Below are positions 21,401 through 30,244 of a DNA stretch of 64,000 nucleotides, in pieces. How positions within the stretch are numbered: position 1 is the stretch's first letter; each line of letters opens with the position of its first letter. A model generated the notes under the pieces. That model was not told the DNA's origin, ran no database searches, and worked only from the letters and a program-made list of their open reading frames with translations. The position numbers and the translations under genes were made by a program. The stretch is from the IMG/VR virus record IMGVR_UViG_3300028048_001604. One strand, written 5' to 3'. This DNA comes from an uncultured virus (IMG/VR IMGVR_UViG_3300028048_001604). Taxonomy: Duplodnaviria; Heunggongvirae; Uroviricota; Caudoviricetes.

Positions 21401-24183
21401 TTATATGATTCATATGCAATAGTGCTTGCTGCCGTATTCGTGACTGTATTCTTAATGAAATCAGTTGCACTAGATAAAGTAGTGTTCTCTACCGAATTTC
21501 TGATTGCTATTGCATACTGCATTTTCTTCGGTGACATCCACTTCAGACGTACACCCGAATACCCTGCAGTATCTTTGCCTGCTACTGAGTTTTCATTTGC
21601 AAGTGCAGTCATATTACGTACATCTGATGAATTACCTACTGCATATTCATTACTATCCTTTGTACTAGCCATATAAGTTTCCAACTGAGTGATTGCCCAA
21701 TAATCAAATTTAGGACTGAATACCCTGTCGGACACAAAGTTACTTATGTTCGTAGATGCGTTAATCAGATATGGTGGTAAGAAAGACAGTATTGCAAAAG
21801 TTAGAAATCCTAGAAAAGCTCTTGCTATTGTCAAACCACCTGATACCACATAGCATACCAAAATCATAACTATAAACATAAGTACATAAACTATAATACT
21901 ACTATAAAAACCTAGTAGTGAGGACATCCACTCCAAATCAGTTAAGTTAGGTGTAGATGTAAATGTACTAATTGTAAGGTACTTTGTGCCTCCTGTTGTA
22001 TAGTTTGAATCTGATGAACCTACAATATCCTCATGCCATTTCAAGAAGATACCGCCAAGTTTGTTCTTGAACCAAGTACCAACATAATTAATACCCTCAC
22101 TTGGGTGTAGGAAGTAATATGCCATAGACATAACTTGCTTGCTAATCTGGTTTTCATCTGGTTCAAAAGTTAATGTACCATTAACAGTAGGGAAGGTCTC
22201 TTTAGCAAACTTCAAGTCTATGATAGAATCTGTTGCACCTTCGTGAGGGCTTGTAGCGTTTGATGCGACATTCCAGTAGTTCTTACCATAATCAAAATTC
22301 TGATACGCTACAACATACGTTACAAATAAGCGTTTAAGCAACTCGGAACTGATATTTGCATACCCATTAACAGAGCCTAGGTCTGTTTCAGATGCATTAG
22401 TTGTAACAGATGCCATATTTAAACCAGTCAGTAAATCTTTACACTCTGTAATATCTGCTGACTTAAAAATACTTTCTGAACTATAATTTGCTATTGCGTC
22501 AGCATCCCAAGTAACTAGTCTTGATAAGGCGGTTGAGAATGTGTAACGTTGTTTAGATTCATCAAGTTTCATAAATGTACCTAGATATAAATTATTATCG
22601 TTAGTACCGCCATACATTTTGATGGTATCACTAGTCGGTGTGTGCCAACAGTGACCAGACGCTATATCTGATGCAGATGGAGTATCGCCTGCCATAGAAT
22701 ATGGGTCAGGTGTACCGCAATCATCTGTAAATGGCTCACCAACAAATATTGATTTAAAAGACCAACCATACTTGCTTGAAAATGAGTTTTCATTTAAAGA
22801 CCTTTGAAATTCTTTCCAAACATTCTCTTTAAAAAATGGGGCACCTGATTGTACATTATGTATGTCTGTACCATAAGATAATCTTAATTTTGAAGTACCT
22901 GCTATACTACCAACCTTTCCTACCCCATCTGCTGACCAAGAAGTTGCTACCTTATATCTACCATCATAAGTCTCATCATTGAGAACTATTGTTTTGCCCT
23001 CATTATACAGAGCTAAAGCCTTTAGATTTAATAGGTTTATGTTACTTTTTGAACCGTTCTGTCTTACAAGTGAAAATGGGTTCATACAAGCTGGTAGCAA
23101 AATCATATTATCTACCCCTCTTCTATGTAGTATCATATTCCCTACAAAATCTACATAAATCTCGTTTTCAAAAATAGATGACTCAGCAAATGTAAGTGAA
23201 TCCATCTTTTGTAACTGGTCTATTGAATATGGAGATAAAGCCATGCCTTGTCCGTACCAAGAGTTCGCATCACTATATGCTTCCATCAGAGCCTGTGTGC
23301 ACTCAATATTACTATACCAACAATTTATCTTCTTACCACTTTCATCCTTCCAATACATAGGTATTGTTGGTATTTTTTCCCCCTGTCTCGAGTACTTTAC
23401 AGTATTTCCAAGAAAATCTGGATCCTTTTTTTCCACATTACAAGCAAACGGAGCTATCTTCATTACAAGCCAAAATATATACTGTGTTACTCGTACATCG
23501 TCTCCCTCTGCATGATTGTCAAGATATGTTTTAAAGTCTGTAAATCTGTTCCAGCCTGCACAGGCATTATCATATGCCATATCAGCCTTAGCGTACTCCT
23601 TTTTAATCCTATGCGCAAGTCCGAACACGTTTATATATGACAAAGCTTTCACGAAATCGTTTGAATTAGTTTTATCTAAGTCAACATAAAACCAGCTATA
23701 TAAATCCTCTAGTGCTTTTCTAGAGATATACAAAGGTTTTGCTGAAGAATAACTGCCATTAATAACCGCAGTAACTATCTTGTCTGCGGTATCCTCTGTC
23801 ATACCCAGTGTATCTACGCAAGTAGATACCATAGCCTGCTTATAGGCTGTTCTATCCGTCTGTGAATTCTTTTTATCACCACTATCCTTGCTACTGCTTT
23901 CCTTTGAAGATGCGTCAAGGATAGTATTCATAGGCTTATAGTAGTTAGATAAATACAAAGCTAGAGGGCGAATATCGTCTAATGATAATTCATCTATACC
24001 ATCAGCATTTAAGTCTGTGACAGTTTTGCCCTGCATCATCTTAATGTATGTCGCTCTTAAATCGTTACTGTCTGCGTTTACTTTAGGTGGAAAAGCAATA
24101 GACGTAAAAGTAGTCAAGACTGTTACAATGCAAGCAAGTAATGATATTAGCCTTTTTGCCTTTAAAATTTTATGCATACTCAT
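18457..24183 (-). CDS. Giant (1908 aa) polytopic membrane protein, VirB6/TcpH-like candidate
   Basis: Signal peptide (VNA|D), two clusters of TM helices, large extracellular domains, Gly/Ala-rich then Lys/Arg-rich C-terminal tail. Confidence 0.7.
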   Translation of the reverse strand: MSMHKILKAKRLISLLACIVTVLTTFTSIAFPPKVNADSNDLRATYIKMMQGKTVTDLNADGIDELSLDDIRPLALYLSNYYKPMNTILDASSKESSSKDSGDKKNSQTDRTAYKQAMVSTCVDTLGMTEDTADKIVTAVINGSYSSAKPLYISRKALEDLYSWFYVDLDKTNSNDFVKALSYINVFGLAHRIKKEYAKADMAYDNACAGWNRFTDFKTYLDNHAEGDDVRVTQYIFWLVMKIAPFACNVEKKDPDFLGNTVKYSRQGEKIPTIPMYWKDESGKKINCWYSNIECTQALMEAYSDANSWYGQGMALSPYSIDQLQKMDSLTFAESSIFENEIYVDFVGNMILHRRGVDNMILLPACMNPFSLVRQNGSKSNINLLNLKALALYNEGKTIVLNDETYDGRYKVATSWSADGVGKVGSIAGTSKLRLSYGTDIHNVQSGAPFFKENVWKEFQRSLNENSFSSKYGWSFKSIFVGEPFTDDCGTPDPYSMAGDTPSASDIASGHCWHTPTSDTIKMYGGTNDNNLYLGTFMKLDESKQRYTFSTALSRLVTWDADAIANYSSESIFKSADITECKDLLTGLNMASVTTNASETDLGSVNGYANISSELLKRLFVTYVVAYQNFDYGKNYWNVASNATSPHEGATDSIIDLKFAKETFPTVNGTLTFEPDENQISKQVMSMAYYFLHPSEGINYVGTWFKNKLGGIFLKWHEDIVGSSDSNYTTGGTKYLTISTFTSTPNLTDLEWMSSLLGFYSSIIVYVLMFIVMILVCYVVSGGLTIARAFLGFLTFAILSFLPPYLINASTNISNFVSDRVFSPKFDYWAITQLETYMASTKDSNEYAVGNSSDVRNMTALANENSVAGKDTAGYSGVRLKWMSPKKMQYAIAIRNSVENTTLSSATDFIKNTVTNTAASTIAYESYNRQDPSALYVYRDLVDIYKYASVSYNLLNEYNLENKYTAVNGSDAEKAYAKDHFWVSGSDANINSVITNWSYAPNVQCDLGHSQNLGYIKEGTGTALTDYVMANTEHSNTPSANNTTALDYYGSAPAGLKDASSLTAMRNGFLVDNINASSAQTYFTPNTFAASSLLNYSGTIGRIEEQKRKLQDTIKNDSLDISPTNFSSSDSKAFFGLPNSSFFITVNDMIAMNKEGNVLDGLSAGATSLYGVDTATYGDLSDFYYALHSESPFYYMSYNIQDQMTGSFAQNLSLNYAYTPEAAVGTTGKKTAKSQDVLKLLTNRNQAYFYNTVNNDGYGEMRDYMNMHDMFYYIIPMLKEGNDLVHLWDDTYGSTTYTSHSLKVNNDGTFIYNGQTYGVASDGTTRPSDALAEFSSTYTTLSEEEQYKFWHDYNAIYITTNCYTPWVDTMYDCSYAKSQNITVAGKTYTVEDPLNPYSYFVLDEKGNLVNGRYMVFSRSEMKYYGLEWSQLTTVEQKIITLQDDVYKDSLQLANYAGFSDENIINAFAMVQLFDFDKVFSQTGFAANDYTLYPQGWELKAFSYDAYMRLVTSQASGESLTNTSKDGSSRSIYARVQDNTSLFFSILLVINDFIAVYLVPLLKLVFIVVIFFVSILMILSAAVGVELNFFNVAWKSLIKPLGAFTLINIATSLLVSLFMSNGLTDVTKSATPVISLGDPTTAIIMLLILDVLALIMYFKLTKKAINDLKAFVKATVNSISGAISGAVGTVVGAVAGDNIGKRSFGKAGTAVARGGKTVASGVSKAVGKGASAGRSFARGLAFGGGAGLGASGALKATGHDWYNESAEAKLERQHRAQIAGIKAKRKAERSKKQGDKLLNKAVGIDEKMKKGNYSEKQIRKLKEKQAKLLAKADVKFKDPEKAREGAETRVMHGKTMRDRVHIARQEGLVGLAKRGVTAGYRHATLGKEGVEAVKKANRKRIDDAAKRGK

Positions 24184-24204
24184 TAACCTTTCTTACGTTC
24201 TCAA

Positions 24205-25062
24205 CTACTTTGGTAAAAAACCTTGGAACATATCTATCATACCACCGATAAGATAGAAAATCTTACCAGATACTAAATAAAGTAAACAAATAGATAAAAC
24301 TATCATCTGCTTTGTCTTGTACTTCATCCATACGTTTATAGGACTTGTATAACTACCCTTTCCTACGGAATTTTCAGACTCCCTAACTGACTGCCAAGCC
24401 TCTACACTAATAAGTGGTGGTTTTTTGTCCTTTCTGTTTTCGCCACGTTCTGTAAGGAAATCCTGTATTGTAGGAATCGTAATATACGATAAATCAAACA
24501 ATAATGTGAGTGCTAGTAAAGATACTATAAATAGGGATAGTAAACCTAATATTGTACCCAAAATACCCGAAAATGGTTTGAAAATACTATATGCCTTATA
24601 GAAATCAGCATTTACATCTTCATTTAACTGTCTTACCAAATTTGCAGTCGATTCATCATTTTTTGATATAAAATTGTACAACTTGTTTTTATCTGTTGTA
24701 CTCATACTTGAATTAGATATATCATTTAAAAGTGACTGCATAACCTTTTGTTTTGACTTGGTTGTGAGTTTCTGATATGCAGTAGAATCAAAATAAACCG
24801 TAGATGTGTTATCTGTATAAAGTAAACCGTTAGACGCACCTATGGAATCAAAATCTACTACTCTATCTTCTGCCAAGTTTGTATTTGCCTCGGTTACAGC
24901 ACTTTGTATCTTTGTCCAAGCAGTACTATTATTAGTTCTAGATGAATCTGAAAATACTATGGATGGGTTCGACTCGGCTTGCACTGTCTTACAATACAAA
25001 AGGGGTAGTGATAGCACTACCCCCAGTATCAGTAGAAGTGCTGACATGAATCTTTTATACAT
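24205..25062 (-). CDS. Membrane protein, paralog family A (pilin/VirB2-like candidate)
   Basis: Signal peptide plus FSGILGTILG...FDLSYITIP...ISVEAWQSV...LLYLVSGKI. Confidence 0.7.
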   Translation of the reverse strand: MYKRFMSALLLILGVVLSLPLLYCKTVQAESNPSIVFSDSSRTNNSTAWTKIQSAVTEANTNLAEDRVVDFDSIGASNGLLYTDNTSTVYFDSTAYQKLTTKSKQKVMQSLLNDISNSSMSTTDKNKLYNFISKNDESTANLVRQLNEDVNADFYKAYSIFKPFSGILGTILGLLSLFIVSLLALTLLFDLSYITIPTIQDFLTERGENRKDKKPPLISVEAWQSVRESENSVGKGSYTSPINVWMKYKTKQMIVLSICLLYLVSGKIFYLIGGMIDMFQGFLPK

Positions 25063-25095
25063 GGCAACCTCCTAATGTGTCTTTGTTTTACTAAA

Positions 25096-26022
25096 CTAGA
25101 ATCCCAAGAAACCTGATACAAGGTCGAGTAACCAACCAACTAGACTGTAGATATTACCACTTACAAGATAAAGAAGTGCAATACCCAAGATAATTAAGCC
25201 TACAATCTGTGACTTAAGGTAAATACCAATAGCCTGCTTACCGCCTCCATCTTGACCATTAGCTCCACCGCCATTTCCAGCAGATGTTACCGCATTACGA
25301 GCATTATCGGAAATGATTTTACCAAGACCATTTCCTTTTCCGCCTCCTTTAGCATCTCCGCCTTCTGAACCACAAATAAGCTGGAATGTAGGAATCATAA
25401 TATATCCAATATCTAAAGCCATATGAACACCAAGTAGTGCCATAATGATAATAGAGATAATACCCAAGATAGTACCTACAACTCCTGAGAACGGAGCATA
25501 GATTCTATTTGCACTAACGAAGTCTGGTTTTGTATTCTCTAGTAATGATGCAATTAATGTACCACCCATACCAAGGTTATCGCTCATCCAAGATACTAGA
25601 GTATTTACAGTATCATCTGTAACTGCACCATCACCGCCTGTATGAACACCCTTATTGGCTGTCTCCCAAGCACAAGCATTTGCAACTGTGAATACATCTT
25701 CGATAAACTCACGTTTTTCGCCCTTTGTTAGGGAATCAAAGTTTGCACTATTGATTGGGGCTGTTGTATCTGCTGAAACTAGACTGTTCCAAGCAATATA
25801 GCCACCACCTGACTGCTTATACGTCTTCTTTGTATATTTTTCTTTGAACTTACCAAAGTAAGGGCTGTTCTGTGAAACAATATCTGGAGTACCCTTTGTA
25901 ATCTGTGTGCAAAGGTTCTGATATGCGTCTGCTGCATGAACTCTAGGTGTCGTAAAAACTACCCCAAGCAACAGAAGAAACATCAGTACCAATGTACCAA
26001 CTCTGTGTGATAAACTTTTCAT
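25096..26022 (-). CDS. Membrane protein, paralog family A
   Basis: Signal peptide plus FSGVVGTILG...LDIGYIMIP...ISDNARNAV...YLKSQI...LLYLVSGNI. Confidence 0.7.
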   Translation of the reverse strand: MKSLSHRVGTLVLMFLLLLGVVFTTPRVHAADAYQNLCTQITKGTPDIVSQNSPYFGKFKEKYTKKTYKQSGGGYIAWNSLVSADTTAPINSANFDSLTKGEKREFIEDVFTVANACAWETANKGVHTGGDGAVTDDTVNTLVSWMSDNLGMGGTLIASLLENTKPDFVSANRIYAPFSGVVGTILGIISIIIMALLGVHMALDIGYIMIPTFQLICGSEGGDAKGGGKGNGLGKIISDNARNAVTSAGNGGGANGQDGGGKQAIGIYLKSQIVGLIILGIALLYLVSGNIYSLVGWLLDLVSGFLGF

Positions 26023-26024
26023 CT

Positions 26025-26525
26025 TTATTCCTCCTTAAAATTTTTTATCTTGCTACGCAACTGCCTAGCAGTATGCACTCGCACACTAGATATAGTAGTA
26101 TCGGCAGTTTTAATCTTGTCTTTAAATGTAGTAGATATACTGCCATGAACTACATATTCATCTGTTCCGTATACCCCAAAAGGTTTGAGAGTTACTAACC
26201 CACGAATATCTACGGGTGTCTTATCTGTTACCAAAGATTTAAGTATGCTATCAATATATTCATTAATTACAGTATAAACTGATTCTCTAGGTCGCTTTTC
26301 CAAATCTGCAATCTTGTAACAAATATATGCAAAAGTTACATTATATTCTTTTTCAACATCTGGCACTACCGAAACTACACATGGAATTTCTACCCTGTAA
26401 CCTGATAGAAGTAAACTCTGACATACAGTAACAAAATCTGCTACAATATCCTTTACCCCTGAGTATGACAAGCCAAGATTTTCTGCGATTGGTCGTAACC
26501 TATTATTTAACGGTTGTTTATTCAT
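26025..26525 (-). CDS. Tandem HU/IHF-like DNA-binding protein
   Basis: Two HU-like repeats: IAENLGLSYSGVKDIVADF..SLLLSGYRVEIP and IADLEKRPRESVYTVINEY..SLVTDKTPVDIRGLVTL. Confidence 0.6.
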   Translation of the reverse strand: MNKQPLNNRLRPIAENLGLSYSGVKDIVADFVTVCQSLLLSGYRVEIPCVVSVVPDVEKEYNVTFAYICYKIADLEKRPRESVYTVINEYIDSILKSLVTDKTPVDIRGLVTLKPFGVYGTDEYVVHGSISTTFKDKIKTADTTISSVRVHTARQLRSKIKNFKEE

Positions 26526-26796
26526 ACAAATCCAACCCCCTTAACTGAAACTGAAATAATTCTTCAGATACCTGCGTATAAAGATACCTTTCTTGAAACT
26601 TTGGTAACTCAACTGCTGCGATGCAGGCTTGCAATCTATCGGGTCTAAACTCTATTGTAAGAATATCACCCTCTGACTGTAGGTATTGCTGACATAACTT
26701 ATCAATTTCAGTATATACCATATTAACTTCATATCTTTCTGCAGGGGCTGAATCTTTCTGCTTTTTATTTAGTGCAAGTGCATTTAGAAATTTCAT
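26518..26796 (-). CDS. Hypothetical protein (92 aa)
   Basis: ORF in an operon, overlapping the next start. Confidence 0.65.
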   Translation of the reverse strand: MKFLNALALNKKQKDSAPAERYEVNMVYTEIDKLCQQYLQSEGDILTIEFRPDRLQACIAAVELPKFQERYLYTQVSEELFQFQLRGLDLYE

Positions 26797-26807
26797 TTAA
26801 CTACCCC

Positions 26808-27590
26808 TTAGATAGATACCTGAGTAGCGGAACTACCAACTTTATCAATAATCTTGAGGATAAGCAAGCCAACATTGATACCACAATTTGTAAGAACAGA
26901 ACTGAAAAGTACAACTGAGCATACCCCGAACAAAATCAGAGCAAATATTCTAGACTTAAGATAGGCAAGTGCAACTGATTTTCCTTTTGGCTGAGCCTGT
27001 TGCTGTTGCATACCCATGCCCATGCCCATGCCACCTGACATAGGCTGTTGTGTGCCTGCACTAGCCATAGCAACTGCCTGAATAGCCTCGTCTGATACCC
27101 AACGGTGACCTGCTGGCTGGGCTCCACCTGACATACCCATGCCACCGCGCATACCTCCATAACGACCGCCCATCATACCCATACCGCCTGCCTGAGGTGT
27201 TGCTCCACCAACTGCACCACCACCAAGAGCATTTCTTGTAATTGGTACATAGATGTAACACAAATCAAGTGCAGTTACTACACCGATGGCTGCGATTACA
27301 ATAAGCATTACAATGCCTGCTAAGGTACCCAATGCAGATACAACAGGGTTAGCATATTCAGATGCTTTATTCATATTATCATGCGTAATTGGTGTGTAGT
27401 TACGCATATAATTGCTTAATGCTGAACCGTCATCGGTCTGCTGATTTGTACTCTGCTCTGCCTGAGAGCCATTAATATTGTCTAGCGATGTCGCATGAAC
27501 AACTGATACCCCTGCAAATACGGATGTCAACAGAAAGACAAGGCACAAAGCAAAAATAAGGTATCTAGACTTAGTCTTTGGTATACTCAT
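26808..27590 (-). CDS. Membrane protein, paralog family A, with Gly/Met-rich loop
   Basis: Signal peptide plus LGTLAG...LDLCYIYVP...WVSDEAIQAV...YLKSRI; GMGM repeats; AAGGAGG RBS. Confidence 0.75.
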   Translation of the reverse strand: MSIPKTKSRYLIFALCLVFLLTSVFAGVSVVHATSLDNINGSQAEQSTNQQTDDGSALSNYMRNYTPITHDNMNKASEYANPVVSALGTLAGIVMLIVIAAIGVVTALDLCYIYVPITRNALGGGAVGGATPQAGGMGMMGGRYGGMRGGMGMSGGAQPAGHRWVSDEAIQAVAMASAGTQQPMSGGMGMGMGMQQQQAQPKGKSVALAYLKSRIFALILFGVCSVVLFSSVLTNCGINVGLLILKIIDKVGSSATQVSI

Positions 27591-27651
27591 ATGCTCCTCC
27601 TTTGTAAGACTAAATTTTTTCTTATAAATATTATAGTGTTATATCCTAAAA

Positions 27652-28947
27652 TTACTTATTAATCTCCTTACCACCAAACGTGCCTAATATATCTTCCAAG
27701 GACATAGCTTTAGCAAGTTTTGATGCGTTTTCTATACCCTGTTCATCAGACTTCTTTATCTGCTTATCGAATTCAGCGTTAGCATGAGTTACTTCAGCCT
27801 GAAGTTCTTTTGCTTTATCCTCGGTATTAACTTCTACTTTTTGTTGTAATATATTTGATGTGATTAAACCTGAATACCCTAGGGTTAGTAGCTCTATTTC
27901 TATATCAGATTTAGATTTACCAATCTGTATAATCTTATTTAAGAGTGTGAGTACTTGCTCTTCTGTTAAGTCCCCAAATAGTTGTGCATAGGTTTTATAC
28001 TCGTCTGGTGAGATACCCTCTTGCAGTACCCCATTACGGACATAGATACCTCGGACTACAAAACCTTTCAACTCATTCATAAATTCTTCAAAAGTTGTGA
28101 TTGACTTAATATCATTAATAAGACTTACGAATCCTAAAGTGTCTCGTTTTTTCAGACATACAAATATCTTTCGGAGTACGTCTTCAGATACTGTTTCAAA
28201 TATCTGAATAACATCTTCGTATAGTGCAGAGTTTTTCTGCGTAGCACAATCATTTAGATACTGTAAAGAAGTACGAATTGTGCGGTCTGCTCTATTTGCA
28301 ATAAAGTCTAGACCTTGTTTGTTGTATTTTACCCCTTCCTGTTCGCATACATACTTTAATAAGCCACTCAATTCTTTTGTTGTAGGCTTTTTAATATGTA
28401 AACTTAACTGACACCTGTTCTTTAGTGTGTCAAGAATTTTCTCAGGGTTTGTAGTACAGAAACAAATAAGAACGTGTTCTGGTGGTTCCTCGGTAATCTT
28501 TAATAGTCTGTTCTGCAAGCCAATACTAGCTGACTGAACTTCATCTAGAATGAAAACCTTCCATTCATCTCCAAATACAGGTATCGAAATCTGCGTAAAG
28601 AATTCATCTAGGTCATTTTTACCCGATTGGTCTGCTACATTAAACTCCATAATGTTAATGGTATTATCGAGATTACCCGTTGTAATATATTCGTCTATTG
28701 ATTTACAAGTAGGACATACCCCACAAGCACCTTTGAGTGGGTCTCTGTTGGTACAACTGTACTCTTTTGCTAGTAGTCTGGCTAAAGTAGTTTTACCGCA
28801 CCCAGAGTCTCCCCACAGCATGATAACTTGTGGGCGACTATCTTTTTCAAGTGCAGTTATAATCTTTTCTTTTACTTCTTTATTCCCGACATACCCCATC
28901 ATTGTATTCGGTCTGTATTTACGTGCAAAAGATAAGTCCTCACTCAT
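27652..28947 (-). CDS. dnaX: DNA polymerase III gamma/tau-like clamp-loader ATPase
   Basis: ARKYRP, GDSGCGKTT, Zn module C...CGVCPTC, FILDEVQ, LLKITEEPP, TT...TLKNRC. Confidence 0.9.
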   Translation of the reverse strand: MSEDLSFARKYRPNTMMGYVGNKEVKEKIITALEKDSRPQVIMLWGDSGCGKTTLARLLAKEYSCTNRDPLKGACGVCPTCKSIDEYITTGNLDNTINIMEFNVADQSGKNDLDEFFTQISIPVFGDEWKVFILDEVQSASIGLQNRLLKITEEPPEHVLICFCTTNPEKILDTLKNRCQLSLHIKKPTTKELSGLLKYVCEQEGVKYNKQGLDFIANRADRTIRTSLQYLNDCATQKNSALYEDVIQIFETVSEDVLRKIFVCLKKRDTLGFVSLINDIKSITTFEEFMNELKGFVVRGIYVRNGVLQEGISPDEYKTYAQLFGDLTEEQVLTLLNKIIQIGKSKSDIEIELLTLGYSGLITSNILQQKVEVNTEDKAKELQAEVTHANAEFDKQIKKSDEQGIENASKLAKAMSLEDILGTFGGKEINK

Positions 28948-28953
28948 AATAAA

Positions 28954-29166
28954 TTACCTCTTTGTTAAAATAGTACATGAGCCTAAAACATCTACAACTA
29001 AAGGTTCAAAATCATTATACCCATGCTTGATACAAATATCAAGTGGATAATATTCACCTTTTGCATTTATTATAGCATACCTGATGGCAGTTGTCAAGTC
29101 ATGTCTTGTTTTTACTATACCATATCCATGCTTACTTAAAGTTCTGTAGTATAATGCCATGTTCAT
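28954..29166 (-). CDS. Small hypothetical protein
   Basis: Strong AAGGAGGTG RBS before ATG. Confidence 0.65.
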   Translation of the reverse strand: MNMALYYRTLSKHGYGIVKTRHDLTTAIRYAIINAKGEYYPLDICIKHGYNDFEPLVVDVLGSCTILTKR

Positions 29167-29185
29167 GTCTCACCTCCTTATACCT

Positions 29186-29212
29186 AAAAAACCAGCCACC
29201 GAAGTGGCTGGT
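29186..29212 (-). terminator. Intrinsic terminator with UUCG loop
   Basis: accagccac-ttcg-gtggctggt followed by ttttt on the minus strand. Confidence 0.85.
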
Positions 29213-29242
29213 CTTAAAACTATGCAACCTGAACTAATAGAA

Positions 29243-29971
29243 TTAGTTGTTGAGGAATGCGTTGAAAGCTGCTGCGAGGTCTTTCTCGGAAGAATGCTTC
29301 TTCATGCCTGCACGCTTTGCAGATGCAGTTCTTACAAAGAGCTTACCGAACTTTTCAGCATATTCATCCTTAACCTTAGGTGTGCCTCTATGCTCGCCAT
29401 CAGCACCTTCCATGATAGCGATTGTCTCAGCACCATCCTTAATAGAACCTGCATCCTTGTTTGCAAGTCCAAGAGTAGGGATGCAAGAACCTCTCTTCTT
29501 AGATGCTGCTGCACGAAGTACAACTGGATTATCTCCACCAGAGAATCGACCTGCGAACTCAGGCTGAGAAATCAGCTTACCAGTCTCCATGATGTCAAGA
29601 ACGAACTCTTCACCAGCTGCTACGTGAACCTTATCTCCTGTAGAAGTATTTACATACAGGTCTTTAGGAGAGCTGATAGGACATACAGGAACCTCGATAT
29701 CCTCAAGGGCTCTGAACTTATATCCTACTACTACATAACCCTTCTTGGTCTCACCACCGTCAACATAGGACTGTGGCTTTGCAGGATTCCAAAGTGCTCT
29801 TACAAAAGCGACCTTATCGGACTTAGAACCCTCAACCTGCTTTGCCTCATCAGACATCTGGGCACGGAGAGCTGCACCTTCTGCAGTAAATGCCTTAACA
29901 GATACCTGACCACCAGCTGTCTTGGTTACTTCTTCGTTGTTTGTAGTTGCATTAAGTTCCTCTGATAACAT
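29243..29971 (-). CDS. Hypothetical protein, probably highly expressed, monocistronic
   Basis: AGGAGGT RBS, two upstream promoters, own terminator, biased codon usage. Confidence 0.8.
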   Translation of the reverse strand: MLSEELNATTNNEEVTKTAGGQVSVKAFTAEGAALRAQMSDEAKQVEGSKSDKVAFVRALWNPAKPQSYVDGGETKKGYVVVGYKFRALEDIEVPVCPISSPKDLYVNTSTGDKVHVAAGEEFVLDIMETGKLISQPEFAGRFSGGDNPVVLRAAASKKRGSCIPTLGLANKDAGSIKDGAETIAIMEGADGEHRGTPKVKDEYAEKFGKLFVRTASAKRAGMKKHSSEKDLAAAFNAFLNN

Positions 29972-30058
29972 TTGCGTTACCTCCTATAATGAAAAATATT
30001 TTTCTTACCCAAACTACCCGAACTTTTGCTAGGAAGATGGGCTGTTACCTTGATTGAT

Positions 30059-30183
30059 AATATAGCACCTAGTTAAAGAAAAAGCAAGTCTTTTTACAAA
30101 TTTTATTGGAAAATTTTTACAGGACTTTCAAGCCATTAACTATTTACTAAAGTAAATATACCATATAGACGTGCAAAATGCAA
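30059..30183 (-). promoter_or_regulatory. Two tandem sigma-A promoters (TTGCTT-17-TATATT; TTGCAT-17-TATATT)
   Basis: -10/-35 at 30059-64/30082-87 and 30155-60/30178-83, both with extended -10 TG. Confidence 0.6.
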
Positions 30184-30244
30184 GCGAAAAATACAAAAAT
30201 TTATTGTCAGACTTTTTCAAGTAACTGCTACAAATTTCAGTCAA

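Noticed and set aside
29159..29965. 268-aa plus-strand ORF overlapping the 242-aa gene
   Set aside because: Antisense frame kept open by codon bias; the minus-strand gene has the RBS, promoters and terminator.
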